Part shown: positions 1 to 12,469 of the stretch, piece by piece
How positions within the stretch are numbered: the first letter of the stretch is position 1
Layout: the number at the start of each line of letters is the position of its first letter
NCBI RefSeq assembly: GCF_006345805.1
Contig: NW_021832531.1
Coordinates: forward strand, 434,001 to 498,000
DNA length: 64,000 nt
DNA from: Octopus sinensis
Lineage: Eukaryota
Direction of reading: 5' to 3'
Position numbers and translations under genes: made by a program
Notes under the pieces: generated by a model
Database searches by the model: none
What the model was told of the DNA's origin: nothing
The model's input: the letters and a program-made list of their open reading frames with translations, nothing else

Positions 1-99
1 TACTTCATTATCGTGTTTTCTAATGTCTTCTTTATCACAAGTACCAAAATGTATGTTCTTGTCGGGCTTTGAACGGAAATTTTTAATATAGACTTTATA

Positions 100-285
100 A
101 TACGTTGAAACCACCCCGTCTCATGTCAGCACAATTGTAGTAATCCGTAAGTATCTTTAGTTCTCCAGACAGGAGATCGTATTTATGTACTTTTTTTACT
201 TCGGTTTGACTGACTTTCTCCCGCGATGTAATTCCCATTTCAATCATGGTAATCTCACTTTTAAATTTGTCGTCTATACTTCCCT
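100..285 (-). mobile_element. Fragment of RLE-type non-LTR retrotransposon (R4/Dong-like), endonuclease C-terminal region
   Basis: Minus-strand translation IDDKFKSEITMIEMGITSREKVSQTEVKKVHKYDLLSGELK matches the D/E-x-K...E-x-x-K-x-x-K-Y pattern that follows the PD motif in RLE elements. Confidence 0.6.
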
Positions 286-620
286 GTTAATATTTCCGTT
301 TCTATTACTTCAGCCATCAAATTTTTGACAACTAACCTCGTTCCGTTGCATAATTTAGGTGGCGCAAGATTTCGTAATAAAAACACTGAAACGCCTATTT
401 TTAACTTTAAAATATGATTCAGCATTCCAGAGGGATATAGAGAATTTTAAAATTCAAAATAAATTACATGCTTACGAAAAACTTGAATTATACTTCCTTG
501 GAAGGTGTTAATGGACCTTATTATAAAAGTCAAGACATGTTTGTTTCGTTTTAACCAAAATGTAAAAAATATATTTTAATTTTCTTAGCGGGAAGGTTTT
601 AATGACCTCATCATTGTTGA
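283..620 (-). mobile_element. Degraded Helitron remnant: PIF1 helicase piece plus one subterminal repeat unit
   Basis: About 285-458 is highly similar to 6620-6800 (PIF1 region). About 550-620 resembles one unit of the 95-bp repeat at 7612-8128. Confidence 0.75.
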
Positions 621-921
621 CTTCTTTCCCATTATTGGCTAGTTATGAGGGGAAGGATTTTCACAATTTATCTATATTTTGCTGATTTGAAATTGGTTAA
701 GTGTGTACATGTGTGCAAATGCTGTTTGATAATTTGAGTAAAAATAATTTTTCAGAATTAAACATTGAGTAGCTTTACTATTAATATATTTAAAAATTGT
801 AATAATAATAAACAATTATTAATCAACTATATAGTTATTAACGTGTCTGGTGTGGTTATGCTATTTTATTACTTTAATGAATTTAATATATTATACATCT
901 TAACGCATAAAAATAGAAAAT

Positions 922-2821
922 ATGAGTTCCAATAAAAATCTACCTACTGAATCAATCGTCATACAACGCTTGTCCCCTTCAGTCACAGAGAAAGAGATTT
1001 ATGAAAGATTGTCATTGTTTGGCCCAATCTGGTTATATTTTACTCAATTAAATTAACTAGTTGCGTCGAAAATGTTCCCAAGCAATTAAAAGCATTCGTT
1101 ATTTTTGGAGTATTGATATTATTGTACTATTCGTAGGACCAGGAATCGGCCACGAGATGCATCAAAACCTGCCAAGTTGATTCAAAATTTTGAATTTATA
1201 GACGGAATCTCTCAGTTTTGGAGGCCACATTGTTTCTGTCGATTATTCAGACCGTTATGTGTATGAACTGTTACTTAAAAAACTAGTTCTCGCAATTCAA
1301 GAACGTCTGTCATTTCTATGTTAGTAGAAAATGTGAAATATGACATCACAGCTGTTATAATTCCTCTTGTTGACGATTTAGGGTACAATTCTCCAGATTT
1401 GTAAAGACTTTGGTGAAATTGTTAGACTATCAATTCACCCAAAGGAGACTGTTCGAGTTTTTATCGAGTTTTGAGTGTTGTTTATATTTTGTAAAGGTTC
1501 AAGTCTCCACTGATGCAGAAATGGCGTTGAAGAATTTGGACAATGTGGATATATATGAAGGCTGTTGTTCCCTGACAGTAAAAATGTCCAAATCTAAGCA
1601 CGTTTCGGTTTTTAGAGCTGATATGTACAACTACACTAACGTAGAACTAGGTATTTGTTGATTATATTACAAAATGTTTGCATTTTTATGTTAAGTCGAT
1701 AAGATTTAAATTGTTTTATTAAATTTGTAGGAGATCCTATACCAGGTTGGTAATTTGGTGGTGAAATATCAGAAACTGTTTCTTTGCAGGGTCCTCCAGC
1801 TAAAATGTCCCGATTCGACGAAGGGCATAGGAATAACTCTCGATTTAGTTATGGTATGTTAAGTAAATAAATTATTAGCTGATAATGGGTCTTGTTATCC
1901 TCAGTCACATGATGGTTATCCCCCACCTGCCCACAATGTAGTGTGTAGTAATTAATGGGATGTAGCCATATCCCCAGACTAAGAAAATGTCTTGGAGTGG
2001 TCACAGGGGTCCGTCATTTGACTCGGATATAAAAGGAAATGTCTTGATGGTCTATGGCTTTGATACGTCTGTGTGGAATGCACAAAGAGTGTTCAACCTT
2101 GTTTGCTGTTATGGGAATGTAATAAGAGTTTGATTTGATTAACATTCGTGTAGGTTAAATTTTTATTATTTAAAAGTGACTGCACTCTTCTCGAGTTGGC
2201 GGATAACGCTTCCGCGATTAGAGTAGCACATAAACTAAATGGGATTGTAATGTTTGGAAGGACTTTATGTTTTTCGTGAGTCTTCTTCAATATTATTTGT
2301 AGCAACTCCCGAAATTCTTACATTGAGAGTGTTGCAAAACCTTTCAGTTTACCTGACAAATCTCCTGCTTTTGTTGACTTTACTAACGACCGAAATAATC
2401 GTTTTTCAACCACATCATTAGCTAGCAAAAACAGTAGAATATATCATGACCAAATGTAGAAATGACAAATCCTGATAGGTCTCTTCATTTTTTTAGTGCA
2501 CCTCCTCACTTTAGAGAAGAAGATATAAGCAAAGTTCTTTACAATGTTTTTCAATCTTAGATATTTGCTGATTGTGGGGCTGTTACCCCTCGTAGAATTA
2601 AGGTCTTTCCAGCTAAAGGTTATTCTTGTCTCCGTTTTTTAGACAGTAACTCTCATGCAAATGGAATTGCAGAATTCGACGATATTACTCAGGCTGCTGA
2701 GTCACTTGTATTAACCAATCATTATTCAATAAGCCATTCAAGTCCTTAGTTCTTTTTATTTTTAGATTCAAGGTATCACTATATTTTTAAACTCTGCTTT
2801 TCGTCCACTACGATCGTCTAA
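922..2821 (+). CDS. HNRNPL: hnRNP L-like multi-RRM protein, many tiny introns
   Basis: Spliced peptides LDNVDIYEGCCSLTVKMSK (RRM2), MVYGFDTSVWNAQRVFNLVCCYGNV (RRM3), NNRFST, SLHFFSAP and terminal FKLCFSSTTIV* match hnRNP L/smooth. ATG at 922, TAA at 2819-2821. Confidence 0.85.
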
Positions 2822-2987
2822 TTTTCCTTTTAATGTTTGGATTATTTTAATTTTCTGTAATTCATTCGAAATTTAAATAGGACAATTACATATAAATAAA
2901 ATTCGATTAATGGTAGTAAAGTACACTTACGTTTTCACAAGTGAGCTATATTAGTAAGTTTGTTAAAATAACTGACATAAAATAACG

Positions 2988-3950
2988 TTATAAAAATTTG
3001 TCAATTTGGCTATCAACTGGTTGAAAATAACCATTCGGAGTGAAACGTGGTTCGATCTTGGAAGTGTCAGTATACGTAAAGCTCCGAGTTCCACCCATAT
3101 AATGATACTTTTCATATCGAAAGTCGTCAATAATAAACTGATCTTTCATCAGTGCTATATAGTCTAATTCGAGGCGGAAAGGGCCGTCGATTCCGTCCAT
3201 ACATGTAATTCTGAGTGATTCTACGTCCGTTAACGAAATTTTGTCTTGTCGGTTATTAAGCCTACCTTTCGTACTGTACCAAAAAACGCAAAAAGGAATC
3301 TGCAAATAATTATAAAAAACAACCTTGATGATTTGCCAATATGGACCCCCTCGAGTATACAAAACGTAATTGTTTGTGTCAAACGGATTTACACGGAATT
3401 CTCTGTAAATTGGAAGTGTACACATGTAAGCTCGTCCGTCTCCGCGAATTCGTAGAACCAACGTGTTGAAGTTAGACCAATCATAAGTAGACCTTCTATT
3501 AAATGACTTCTATCAAGATCAGTCAGGGTTTTCGTACAGAGGCTCTTGGAGATGCCAGAGTGCAAAAAGGAGTAGATTCATTCCCAAGGTATGACTCAGT
3601 GCTAAAATATCCTGTAAATATAGCCGTCTTGTTCCCAGAATATTTGACTGTTGCGTTACTCTTTCCAAGTCCGTACATTGAATCACACACAGCTTGCCAC
3701 TCGTCAACTTTATCTGGGCTGTCAAAATTCCATAGTTTTTGATAGTCTCCATGACCGATTTGTTTAAAATTAAAAAGTCGTAACTTATTCACTGTTTCAT
3801 TGAAGAGGACGCCAATTTCTCTTTTAAAAAATTTTAATCGCTCTTTGATCTTGTACGGAACAATTCTCTCATTCACCAAATCAAGAGAATTGCGGTATAA
3901 ATTATTAATTTTAGTCTAAATTCATTATCATGGCCAACACTAAAAACCAT
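2988..3950 (-). CDS. NDUFAF1: Complex I assembly factor CIA30
   Basis: Motifs LWNFDSPDKVDEW, LRIRGDGRAY, TRGGPYWQ and DGPFRLELDYI. Inferred ATG at 3950 followed directly by a 32-nt intron; stop at 2988. Confidence 0.9.
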
Positions 3951-4169
3951 TTTAAAAAATTAATTATAAAAAATAATCATTAGAATTAAATTGTCAATTT
4001 TTAAGTAGTTTTATCAACAGTATTTTTGAGTGCTCTAAGAGTGAATATTCAAATACTTCCCACTCCAACGCGTGTCGCTCTTCAAATGTCATAAAAATAC
4101 CGAATTATCATAAATTAAACGAAACGAAAAATTTTTATTTTAAAAAAGGCTGTTAGTAGAGGGTATAAT

Positions 4170-5330
4170 TAAGACCTTCGGCATTTCTGCCTTTTCAGTC
4201 CCGCACACACGCTCGCCTCTCAGCCGCAAACTAAGACTTACCGCCTTACCTGCCACCCAGACATTATCTTCTCTAAGACCTCAGGGAGGCCTTTGAGGGA
4301 CAATTCCTGGGTTTCCGAGAGCTCCTCTCGCCATCCTAAGCCATGGGCTAGCCGGATGGCTCGTCTTCTGACTTTCTTGAGCGCGTCAACGTACTTCTCC
4401 CGGTCCTCGCAGAAGTGCCAGGCATGTACGCCAGAGGTCAACACGGGTAACACCATGGCGTTAAACACACGTAGCCAAGCACCTCTCCGCAGCCGGAAAG
4501 CACGCAACGCGCCTAATCGCTGCATTGCACGCATTTTTGTACGTGCAATGTGATCATCAAACTTACAGGGCGGCTTAAAGATCACGCCCAAATAAGTCAT
4601 CCGATCGACTACAGCAATTGCTGACCCGTTCAGCAATAACCTAGGGACGTAATTAGTGTAACCCCTCGTCCTTTTACAGACTTTGAGAACACTGCACTCG
4701 TCCGCACGCATCTTTAGACCCCTACTCCCACACCAGTTTACAAGTCCATCCACAGCAACCTTTAGCCTACGACACGCACACTCAGGTTTCATCGAGTGAT
4801 CCCAGAGGATGATGTCGTCTGCATAAATTACTATTTCAGTACGAGCATTGACTGGCATGGGCGCAGATGCCATAAAGAAATTAAAAAGCGTGGGACTCAG
4901 CACAGAGCCCTGAGGGACCCCGCGAAGGACTGTTCTGACTTTGGAAAAGACCCCCTGATGCCGCACGACCTGTCCGCGAGATTCAAGGAACCCCGACAGC
5001 CAGCGCCTTAGACACGGAGAAACCCCACACGTGGCGAGGGAGCTCCGGAGGCCGTCGTGCCACACCGAGTCGAAGGCCTTTTCAATGTCAAGACTAACAA
5101 CATACCACATTCTTTGTTCTGGAGGGCGCACTTCATCTCAGAAGACACCTTCCATAAGCAGTCTCCACACGAACGACCCTCCCTGAAGCCCCATTAGAAC
5201 TCGGGGAGGGCATCAGCCACCGTCAGCTCCTCCAGGAGCCTTCGGTGCATGATCCCTTCTAAAATTTTAAATACAGCGGGAAGCAAGAAAATGGGCTGTA
5301 TCCCCCGGGAAATTCTTTGATGAACAGTTA
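4170..5330 (-). mobile_element. 5'-truncated APE-type LINE (Jockey/I/CR1 group), RT C-terminal half
   Basis: ORFs 4238-5131 and 5194-5400 carry LDIEKAFDSVWH, GVPQGSVLSPTLFN and YADD. GC-rich relative to flanks. No TSD found. Confidence 0.9.
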
Positions 5331-6225
5331 AAGGACTTTTCTGAATGGATTTATCTACTCCCACTGACTTATGCACACTCTGTGCTACTAAGAAAATCAT
5401 CAGTTTCAGTAAATAAAACAGTTTTCATTTAGATTACAAAGTTTACGTTTAAAGAGTATTATTTGGTTTTTCTTTCAAACAGACTTTTACTGTTTCAAAT
5501 TATACCAATTTATAAATCTCAAAATTGTCATTTTTTATTAAGAAACGGGAAAAATAAGTTTTATTTCTATATCTTATTTCATTTTAAAGATGTTAAAAGT
5601 CTTGATTGCGACGAGAATTTTAACATGGTTTTTCACTCAAAATCAACGTTTCTAGATTACTACAAGTATAATATTCCCTTCTTAAAAACTGATGTTTTTC
5701 TCTAACTTTGGATGCAATTTTAGATTTACAGTAAAACCTCTGGTGCTCGCCACCTCTGTTACTCGCCACCTCTATTGCTCGCCACATATTTTTCAAAAAA
5801 TTAAAAATTTCTAGTAAATTTTGATAAATATTCTATTGCTCGCCATTTTCTAAATCTCGCCATTAATTTTTAAAAATATTTTTTTTGGTTAAACTATTTT
5901 TTATATAAAAGTTGATCAGAAACAAGAAATTGATGCATTTACTTCTTTGATCTCTGCAAAGATTCAACAATATAATGCTGAAAACATTTATAACGCTGAT
6001 GAAACTGGGATTTTTTACAAATCTATCCCTTCAAAATGTTTTGTCAGAAGGTTCGATATGGACATAAAATCCTTAAAGAACGGTTTAATTTTTATTTATT
6101 TTTTAGATTTTCTTTGTTGCTATGCTCAAATATGACTGGGACAGACAAAAAATTCCACGTATGATTGGAAAGTTCCAGAAACCTCGCTGCTTTAAAAATT
6201 TTAAAGTCGAAACTTTTATCGATTA

Positions 6226-8207
6226 CTAGCTCGGCAGCTCGCTTCGCTCACCGCGACCTAGCTCCTGCGGAGGGCCTGTTTCATCAAACAACTATAAGTT
6301 TATGTAGATGTATAAAACTACCTGGTTTAATGTAACCCTATTCTATCGCCTGTTGATAAACGATGTTTGTCGTCCGTCCTTCCTTGGCATATATGAATAA
6401 ATTTTCTCTTCTGCCTACCCTCGAGCATCCCACATACAGCTGTCCATGTGAAAAGCACTCACTCTCTAAAAATAACCCAACTACCTTTAATGACTGTCCC
6501 TGGGCCTGTTTTATTGTCATTGCAAAACTCATCCTCAAAGGAAATTGCAGCCTTTTAAATCTACATGGTAATTCATCAGAAATTATCGGAATTCGTGGAA
6601 TATAAACATCCTCACCTCTATACTTACCTGTTAATATCGTCGCCTCTATTAAGTTAGCCATCAAATTTTTGATAACTAACCTCGTTCCGTTGCATAATTT
6701 AGGTGGCGCAAGATTTCGTAATAAAACCACTGGAACGCCTATCTTTAACTTTAAAAGATGATTCGGCATTCCAGAGGGATCTAAGGAGTTTAAAATTCAA
6801 TCCGGTTGAATTTTTAGAAAGTAACAAAAAAATAAAGAAAAACAATAAAAATGAATAATTTAAAAACAAAAAAATAAAAAAAAAACAAAAAAAAACTTTA
6901 AAAATTTGTAAAATGGTATAAACAAAAAAATCTCTGCCGCCACGGCAACAACCAGTCTAATTTTTTAACAGCCAATTAAGATAATGCTTAAGAACCTTTA
7001 TAGTCCGGAGATTAGCTTAGTGACCTTGATTAGAGAAACCACTGGCGGAAATGGAGCAGCCAGAGATGCGGCAGGCAGAGTAGCAGCAGCCAAAAAAGCG
7101 ACACACACAAAAAAGATTTAATTAATTACCTTAAGCTGACCGTTTTTTCTTCAGCTTCGTTTTTCCTCCTTCGGTTATCTATTTAAAAAATTATTTTTGA
7201 ATAATAAAAAGTTTAGGAAAGAGGCATACCAAAATAAATTCTATCTTTACGAAAAACTTAACTAAATAGTTAATATTTTTACGCAAATTCTTCTGATTGC
7301 GCTGTCAATTGGTGGTAAATTGTGTTAATGATTGTGCTAATGTGGTTTTAACTATCAAAGTGTTTTTCAAAATCTGTTAATTGCACACTCTATTCAAGGT
7401 CGTGCAATCTGTAATTGCACATTCTGTCAAAGTCAAATATGATAATAGCTTTAATTTTGATTCATGGTCGATAATGATATATGCATTTAATTTTAAAGAG
7501 AAAATCATAGGATGAATTGAATTTCTTTATCGCGAATAATTGGGAGTTCATCTTTGTTAATATTCTCGCTGTCGTTTCATCAAGGATATTCTTAATACGT
7601 GAGATTTTTGCCTCGAGGTTTTAATAGGCCTCATCATGAATGTCGAGGACATTAACGTTGTTCATTTTAATCAAATGCAGAAAATAATTTTTTGATTTTT
7701 TGGCGGGAAGGTTTTAAGGACCTCATCATGTAAGTCGAGGACATCGTAGTTGTTCATTTTAACCAAAATGCAGAAAATTTTTTTTTAATTTTTTTGGGGG
7801 GGAAGGTTTTAAGGACTTCATCATGTAAGTTGAGGACATTGTATTGTTCATTTTAACCAAAATGCAGAAAATTTTTTTTTAATTTTTTTGGGGGGGAAGG
7901 TTTAAAGGACTTCATCATGTAAGTCGAGGACATTGTAGTTGTTCATTTTAACCAAAATGCAGAAAATTTTTTTTTAATTTTTTTGGGGGGGAAGGTTTTA
8001 AGGACTTCATCATGTAAGTCGAGGACATTGTAGTTGTTCATTTTAACCAAATGTGCAGAAATTTTTTTTTAATTTTTTTGGGGGGGAAGGTTTTAAGGAC
8101 CTCATCATGTAAGTCGAGGACATCGTATTGCCAATTTGAAGTTGGTGTGCACACACAGACAGACAGACAGACAGACAGACACACACCATACCATTTTATT
8201 ATTAAGA
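6226..8207 (-). mobile_element. Non-autonomous Helitron with PIF1 helicase 3' fragment
   Basis: Minus-strand 5' end TCTTAATAATAAAATGG at 8207. 3' GC-rich hairpin (GCGAAGC core) followed by CTAG at 6226-6229. PIF1 ORF 6338-6769 ([28 protein letters not shown]). (CAGA)n microsatellite at about 8156-8181. Removing it rejoins pogo codons gat ta|c tgt. Confidence 0.9.
7612..8128. repeat. Tandem array of about 95-bp units (about 5.5 copies) inside the Helitron
   Basis: Unit ggaaggttttaaggacttcatcatgtaagtcgaggacattgtagttgttcattttaaccaaaatgcagaaaattt... recurs about every 95 bp with no spacers. Confidence 0.95.
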
Positions 8208-8575
8208 CTGTCATCCACCAAAAGCATGGATGACAAGTAAAATTTTTAACAAATGGCTTTTAACATGGGATAGGCATCTAAAAAACGAAAAATTCTTTTA
8301 TTGTGGATCGATGCCCATCCCATAAACTTTACGCTGATTTAGAGCCAATTGAAGTTCTTTACCTACCTTCGAAGACTACAACAATTCTACAACCAATGGA
8401 TCAAGAATCATTAGATCCTTCAAAGGACATTTTAATAAACTTAAATTTGAGTTTATGTTAGAAAATTGAAAATGAAGAAAATCCACTGGAAGCGCATAAA
8501 AAATTAACCTTAAAAGACGGTCTTCTTTTTACATATTTTGCCTGGAAAAAAGTAACGACCAAAACAATTACAAAT

Positions 8576-9745
8576 CGGTACGAGCTCTCTTTGCAATCTG
8601 GCTCTCTTTGCAATCGCTCGGTACGAGCTCTCTTTGCAATCTGGCTCTCTTTGCAATCGCTCGGTACGAGCTCTCTTTGCAATCTGGCTTTCGACGATCC
8701 AGGCTGGACTCAGGCATCCCTGCCTGTGCGCTGGGGTGGCCTTGGCTTGAGATCCTATTCCGATCTTGCCCTCCCGGCATTCCTATCCGCTCATCACGCT
8801 TCTCGTACTCTCTCAGACTCGTTCTTAGAAACCTCCCCGAACGGAAATTGTCTGAAGTTTACTCTGCAGCCCGTGGTCGGTGGGAGGCTCGGTTTGGTTC
8901 GAAGCTGCCCAACTCTCAATCTGTACAGCGCCAATGGGACGAAATCTCTTGTCAGGCAATCTTCGAAGGCCTGCTTCCTGTCTCCAATCAACACCGTGTC
9001 GCTTGCCTCCGTGCAGGTCGCTGTGAAAGCAGCGTGTCTGGTTAAAGGCTCTCCCTCTCCCTTCCATCGGAACCTGTTGGACAAGGAATGCCTAAGAATT
9101 GCAATCTCCCTCCGTGTCGGGCTGAAAATCTGCCAGTCGCACAAATGCCGTTGTGGGGGAACTGTTGACGAGTACGGTTTGCATCCCCTCGCTTGCCGGC
9201 GGAGTGCCGGTCGTGGCCCCCCGTCACAGTGAACTCAACTCAGTCGTACAGAGAGCCCTCGCCTCAGCAGGCATCCCGTCTATCCTTGAACCTGTTGGAT
9301 TGGATAGAGGGGATGGCAAACGCCCTGACGGCATGTCCACCTTCCCCTACGAGCAGGGGAAATCCCTTATTTGGGATTCTACCTGCTCGGACACGTTCTC
9401 GCTGGGAAATCTCGCGCTGTCCGCCGCCAATCCTGGGCACGCTTCCAGGCAGGCCGAGGAGCGAAAGATTCTCAAGTACGGCCACCTGTCCAACTCGCTG
9501 CTCTTTACTCCAATTGCCTTGGAGTCCTCCGGATCTTCGGTCCCAAGACACTCCGCTTCCTTCGCTCGCTCGGTCGACGGATTTCAAGGACTAGTCACGA
9601 TCCAAGAGAGTTTTCTTGGCTCCTGGAACGACTGTCGATTGCTGTGATCCGAGGGAACGTCTTCGCCATTCGCGCGGCTGGTCGGGTGTCTCGTGAGGCC
9701 TTTAACTAACTTAGCTATCTGTAATTAAAAAAAAAAAAAAAAAAA
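8576..9745 (+). mobile_element. 5'-truncated CRE-clade (RLE) non-LTR retrotransposon
   Basis: QASLPVRWGGLG, CRCG...HPLAC zinc knuckle, RHSELN, GKRPDG and EERKILKY. Poly(A) at 9727-9749. 15-bp TSD aaaacaattacaaat at 8561-8575 and 9746-9760. Two frameshifts. Confidence 0.92.
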
Positions 9746-10135
9746 AAAACAATTACAAATTGTTTTGGACATTCAAAATGGATCGAATGTGAAAATCAAC
9801 TCGAAAGACAAACTGTTGAAATTGATAATTATGATCAAATGGTAAATATCTTGAAAATATTGGGCCCGGTGGATAAAGATGATTTTATTAATCATGAATT
9901 TACCGAAATAGATGAAATTGAAGATTACCTTAATATTGCTGGAGATTCTTTCCCACAAAAATATGACGATGAAGATACTCATAATGATGAATCTCATGTG
10001 AATTCAGAAGAGGCTTTGAAAATGTTGAAAAGAATAGTCATTCTGTTATCAAAATGAAAATTTTGATATAAATTCGTTGAAACTAATCGACACCGTTATT
10101 AGAAATTCGGCCGCGGTGTGTTTGATACAGACACT

Positions 10136-12220
10136 AGAATAGAATAGAATAGCGTTTATTGAGCGAAAAGAAAAACAAAGAAGAAATCATCGGCGGGGAG
10201 ATAAAAACAAAGCACCGAAGTGTCTCTTTCCATGCGTATCCCCAATACTAGTCATGTTTGACGACAATTCTCCAAGACCATCCGGATCGTGGGCACAGAG
10301 GATTCTTGTGAGTCTTTTAACCTTCCGTCAAGTTGTACTCCGTAAGCCAATTTCATAGCGAAACGTCTTGTCTTTTCAACTGTTCGATCAGGTAGTCACT
10401 CTCCTCCGTACCGTACCAGCCCTCGTAGCCATATGTGAGGACTGGCTGCACACACGTTTTGTATACGTAGATGTACGTTTCCGGATCCAGATGGAACCTG
10501 GTTAAGCTTTTGAGGATCCTCACACTCCTCTTTCTCTGATTTGCTATATGCTCTACGTACGAGCCACGACAGTTGATGGTTGCTCCCAGGTAAGAAAGAT
10601 TTTTGCTTTTCGGAGATCCATCACATAGCTACTCATCGCATATGCACACGACTCCGCATAGCGACTCCCTCTCCGCAACCATGAAATGGTGCTCTTCTCC
10701 GGTGCTAGGGTCAAACCCTTCTCTATAGTCCACATCTTTAGCGTTGCAATGTATGATTTCAGTCGTCTCCAAGACTGCGATATCCTTTTCGAGGTATCCA
10801 TGACCAGGATATCGTCAGCATAGATAACGAGCTTGCCAGTACGTGTCGACGGCAGAGGAATGCCGCAAACGATGTGATAAAGATGACTATGAATGTTACG
10901 GAGGACTTGTTCATTGGTTACAATTTCGTGAACATGAACTGGAGTTTATTCGAATCATATATGCGGGATTCTCTTCGAAATGTCGTGTCCCAGCCTCTGA
11001 GAAGCAGAGATGATATTGACAATCTCGATGATCACCTTAGATCGTCAATCATAAAATTCCTGGATGTTTATGCATTAAAAAATGTATGGAAACCCAAAGT
11101 AACGCAAAAGCGGATGAATTCGAAACTTGTCACTCTGATCAGAACGAAAGGTACCCTGGAAAATCGCAGGAGAAGATGTCGGGTTGAGTCAATCAAATGC
11201 CGCCTGAAATTGGAGATCGACAAGATAAAATCTACTATTGCAAAAATGGCCAAGACTGAGGTCGAAAGTAAATGGAGGTCTGAATGCAGAAAACTGGATA
11301 AGCGAAACCCTAATTTCTGGAAAGCATATCAACGCCTTACCAGAAATGATGCCAAAGGATTTGAAATTTCACTAAAAGAACCAGACGGAAAATATATTCC
11401 TCTGATCGTATCCCGGAAGTACTCAGGAACCAACTTAGTCAGGTTCAAGAGGTCGAATCTACCGTTCCACGAGGGACTTATGACCGAATTGTGAAGAAGC
11501 TTGGCTCTTCGCAATTATCGGAGGGACCATTATGTGGGGCGATAACACAGGAAGAGGTTGAAAGGGCAATTGCTGGGTTGAAGAACAAGGCGCCTGGCTT
11601 CGACTACATCCCTCCGAAGTTGTTAAAGAAGGCCCCTGAAATCTTGATACGAGCATTGACTATGTTGTTTCACGCCAGCTGGACGTTCGGGCACCTTCCA
11701 TCGGCGTGGAAGCATACGATTGTTCGAATGATTCCAAAATCTGGTAAATCGACACTGCTGGCACAGAACTACCGGCCAATTAGCCTCATTTGTGCTTTCT
11801 CTAAGAAAATGGAAAAGATTGTCTTTAACAGACTCTCTGGTCATATAGAGTCACAAAATTTGCTTTTACCCGAACAATGGGGATTTCGTGGAGGAAGATC
11901 CACAGGGGACTGTCTCAGGGAGTTAGAGCACCAATTATCCCGTGCTGACAGAAATGAAGCATGGCTAACTGTGGTTGTGTCTGGATCTGGCCAAAGCCTT
12001 CGATAGCGTGTGGCACCTGGGCCTACTCTCCAGAATCCATGACATCGGAGCCGGGATAAAGACCTATCGATGGCTGGAGAGCTTCTTGTCAGGAAGACAA
12101 TCATTTGTCCGCTGGGAAACCGCCTATCGGGGTGTGTGGAACTTAGAAGGGAGTCCCGCAGGGATCTATCTTGAGTCCACTTCTGTTCAACCTCTTCTTG
12201 GCGGACATTCCTCTGCCGTC
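10136..12220 (-). mobile_element. APE-type LINE with inverted 5' segment
   Basis: The 3' part is on the minus strand (YADD at 10809-10824, (CTATT)n tail at 10136-10151). The 5' part is on the plus strand (10874-12220, RT up to LADIPLPS). 12-bp TSD gatacagacact at 10124-10135 and 12221-12232. Confidence 0.92.
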
Positions 12221-12469
12221 GATACAGACACTTTAAAATTTTAAAGATGTGGGATTTCTAACAAAAATTCTAAAAACAATCCTAACCCTAATTGTTGAAG
12301 ACGTATTTGATACAGTTCCCTATGCGGCCTTCGGCCGCGGTGTGTTTGATACAGACTTTTAGAAAGCTTAAAGATGTGAGATTTCTAGCAAAAATTCTAA
12401 AAACAATCCTAACCAAAAGCCTAATTGTTTTCTAAATTCATCTTTATTTAAAGATAGTTAGTTAACTAG

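Noticed and set aside
6338-6769. Host PIF1 helicase gene
   Set aside because: Only the C-terminal fragment is present, bounded by Helitron termini.
7612-8128. CRISPR-like array
   Set aside because: Contiguous 95-bp tandem units without unique spacers, inside a Helitron in a eukaryotic context, and no cas genes.
8568-9594. Multiple overlapping ORFs as overprinted genes
   Set aside because: Expected in GC-rich retroelement sequence. The three plus frames are one frameshifted CRE ORF.
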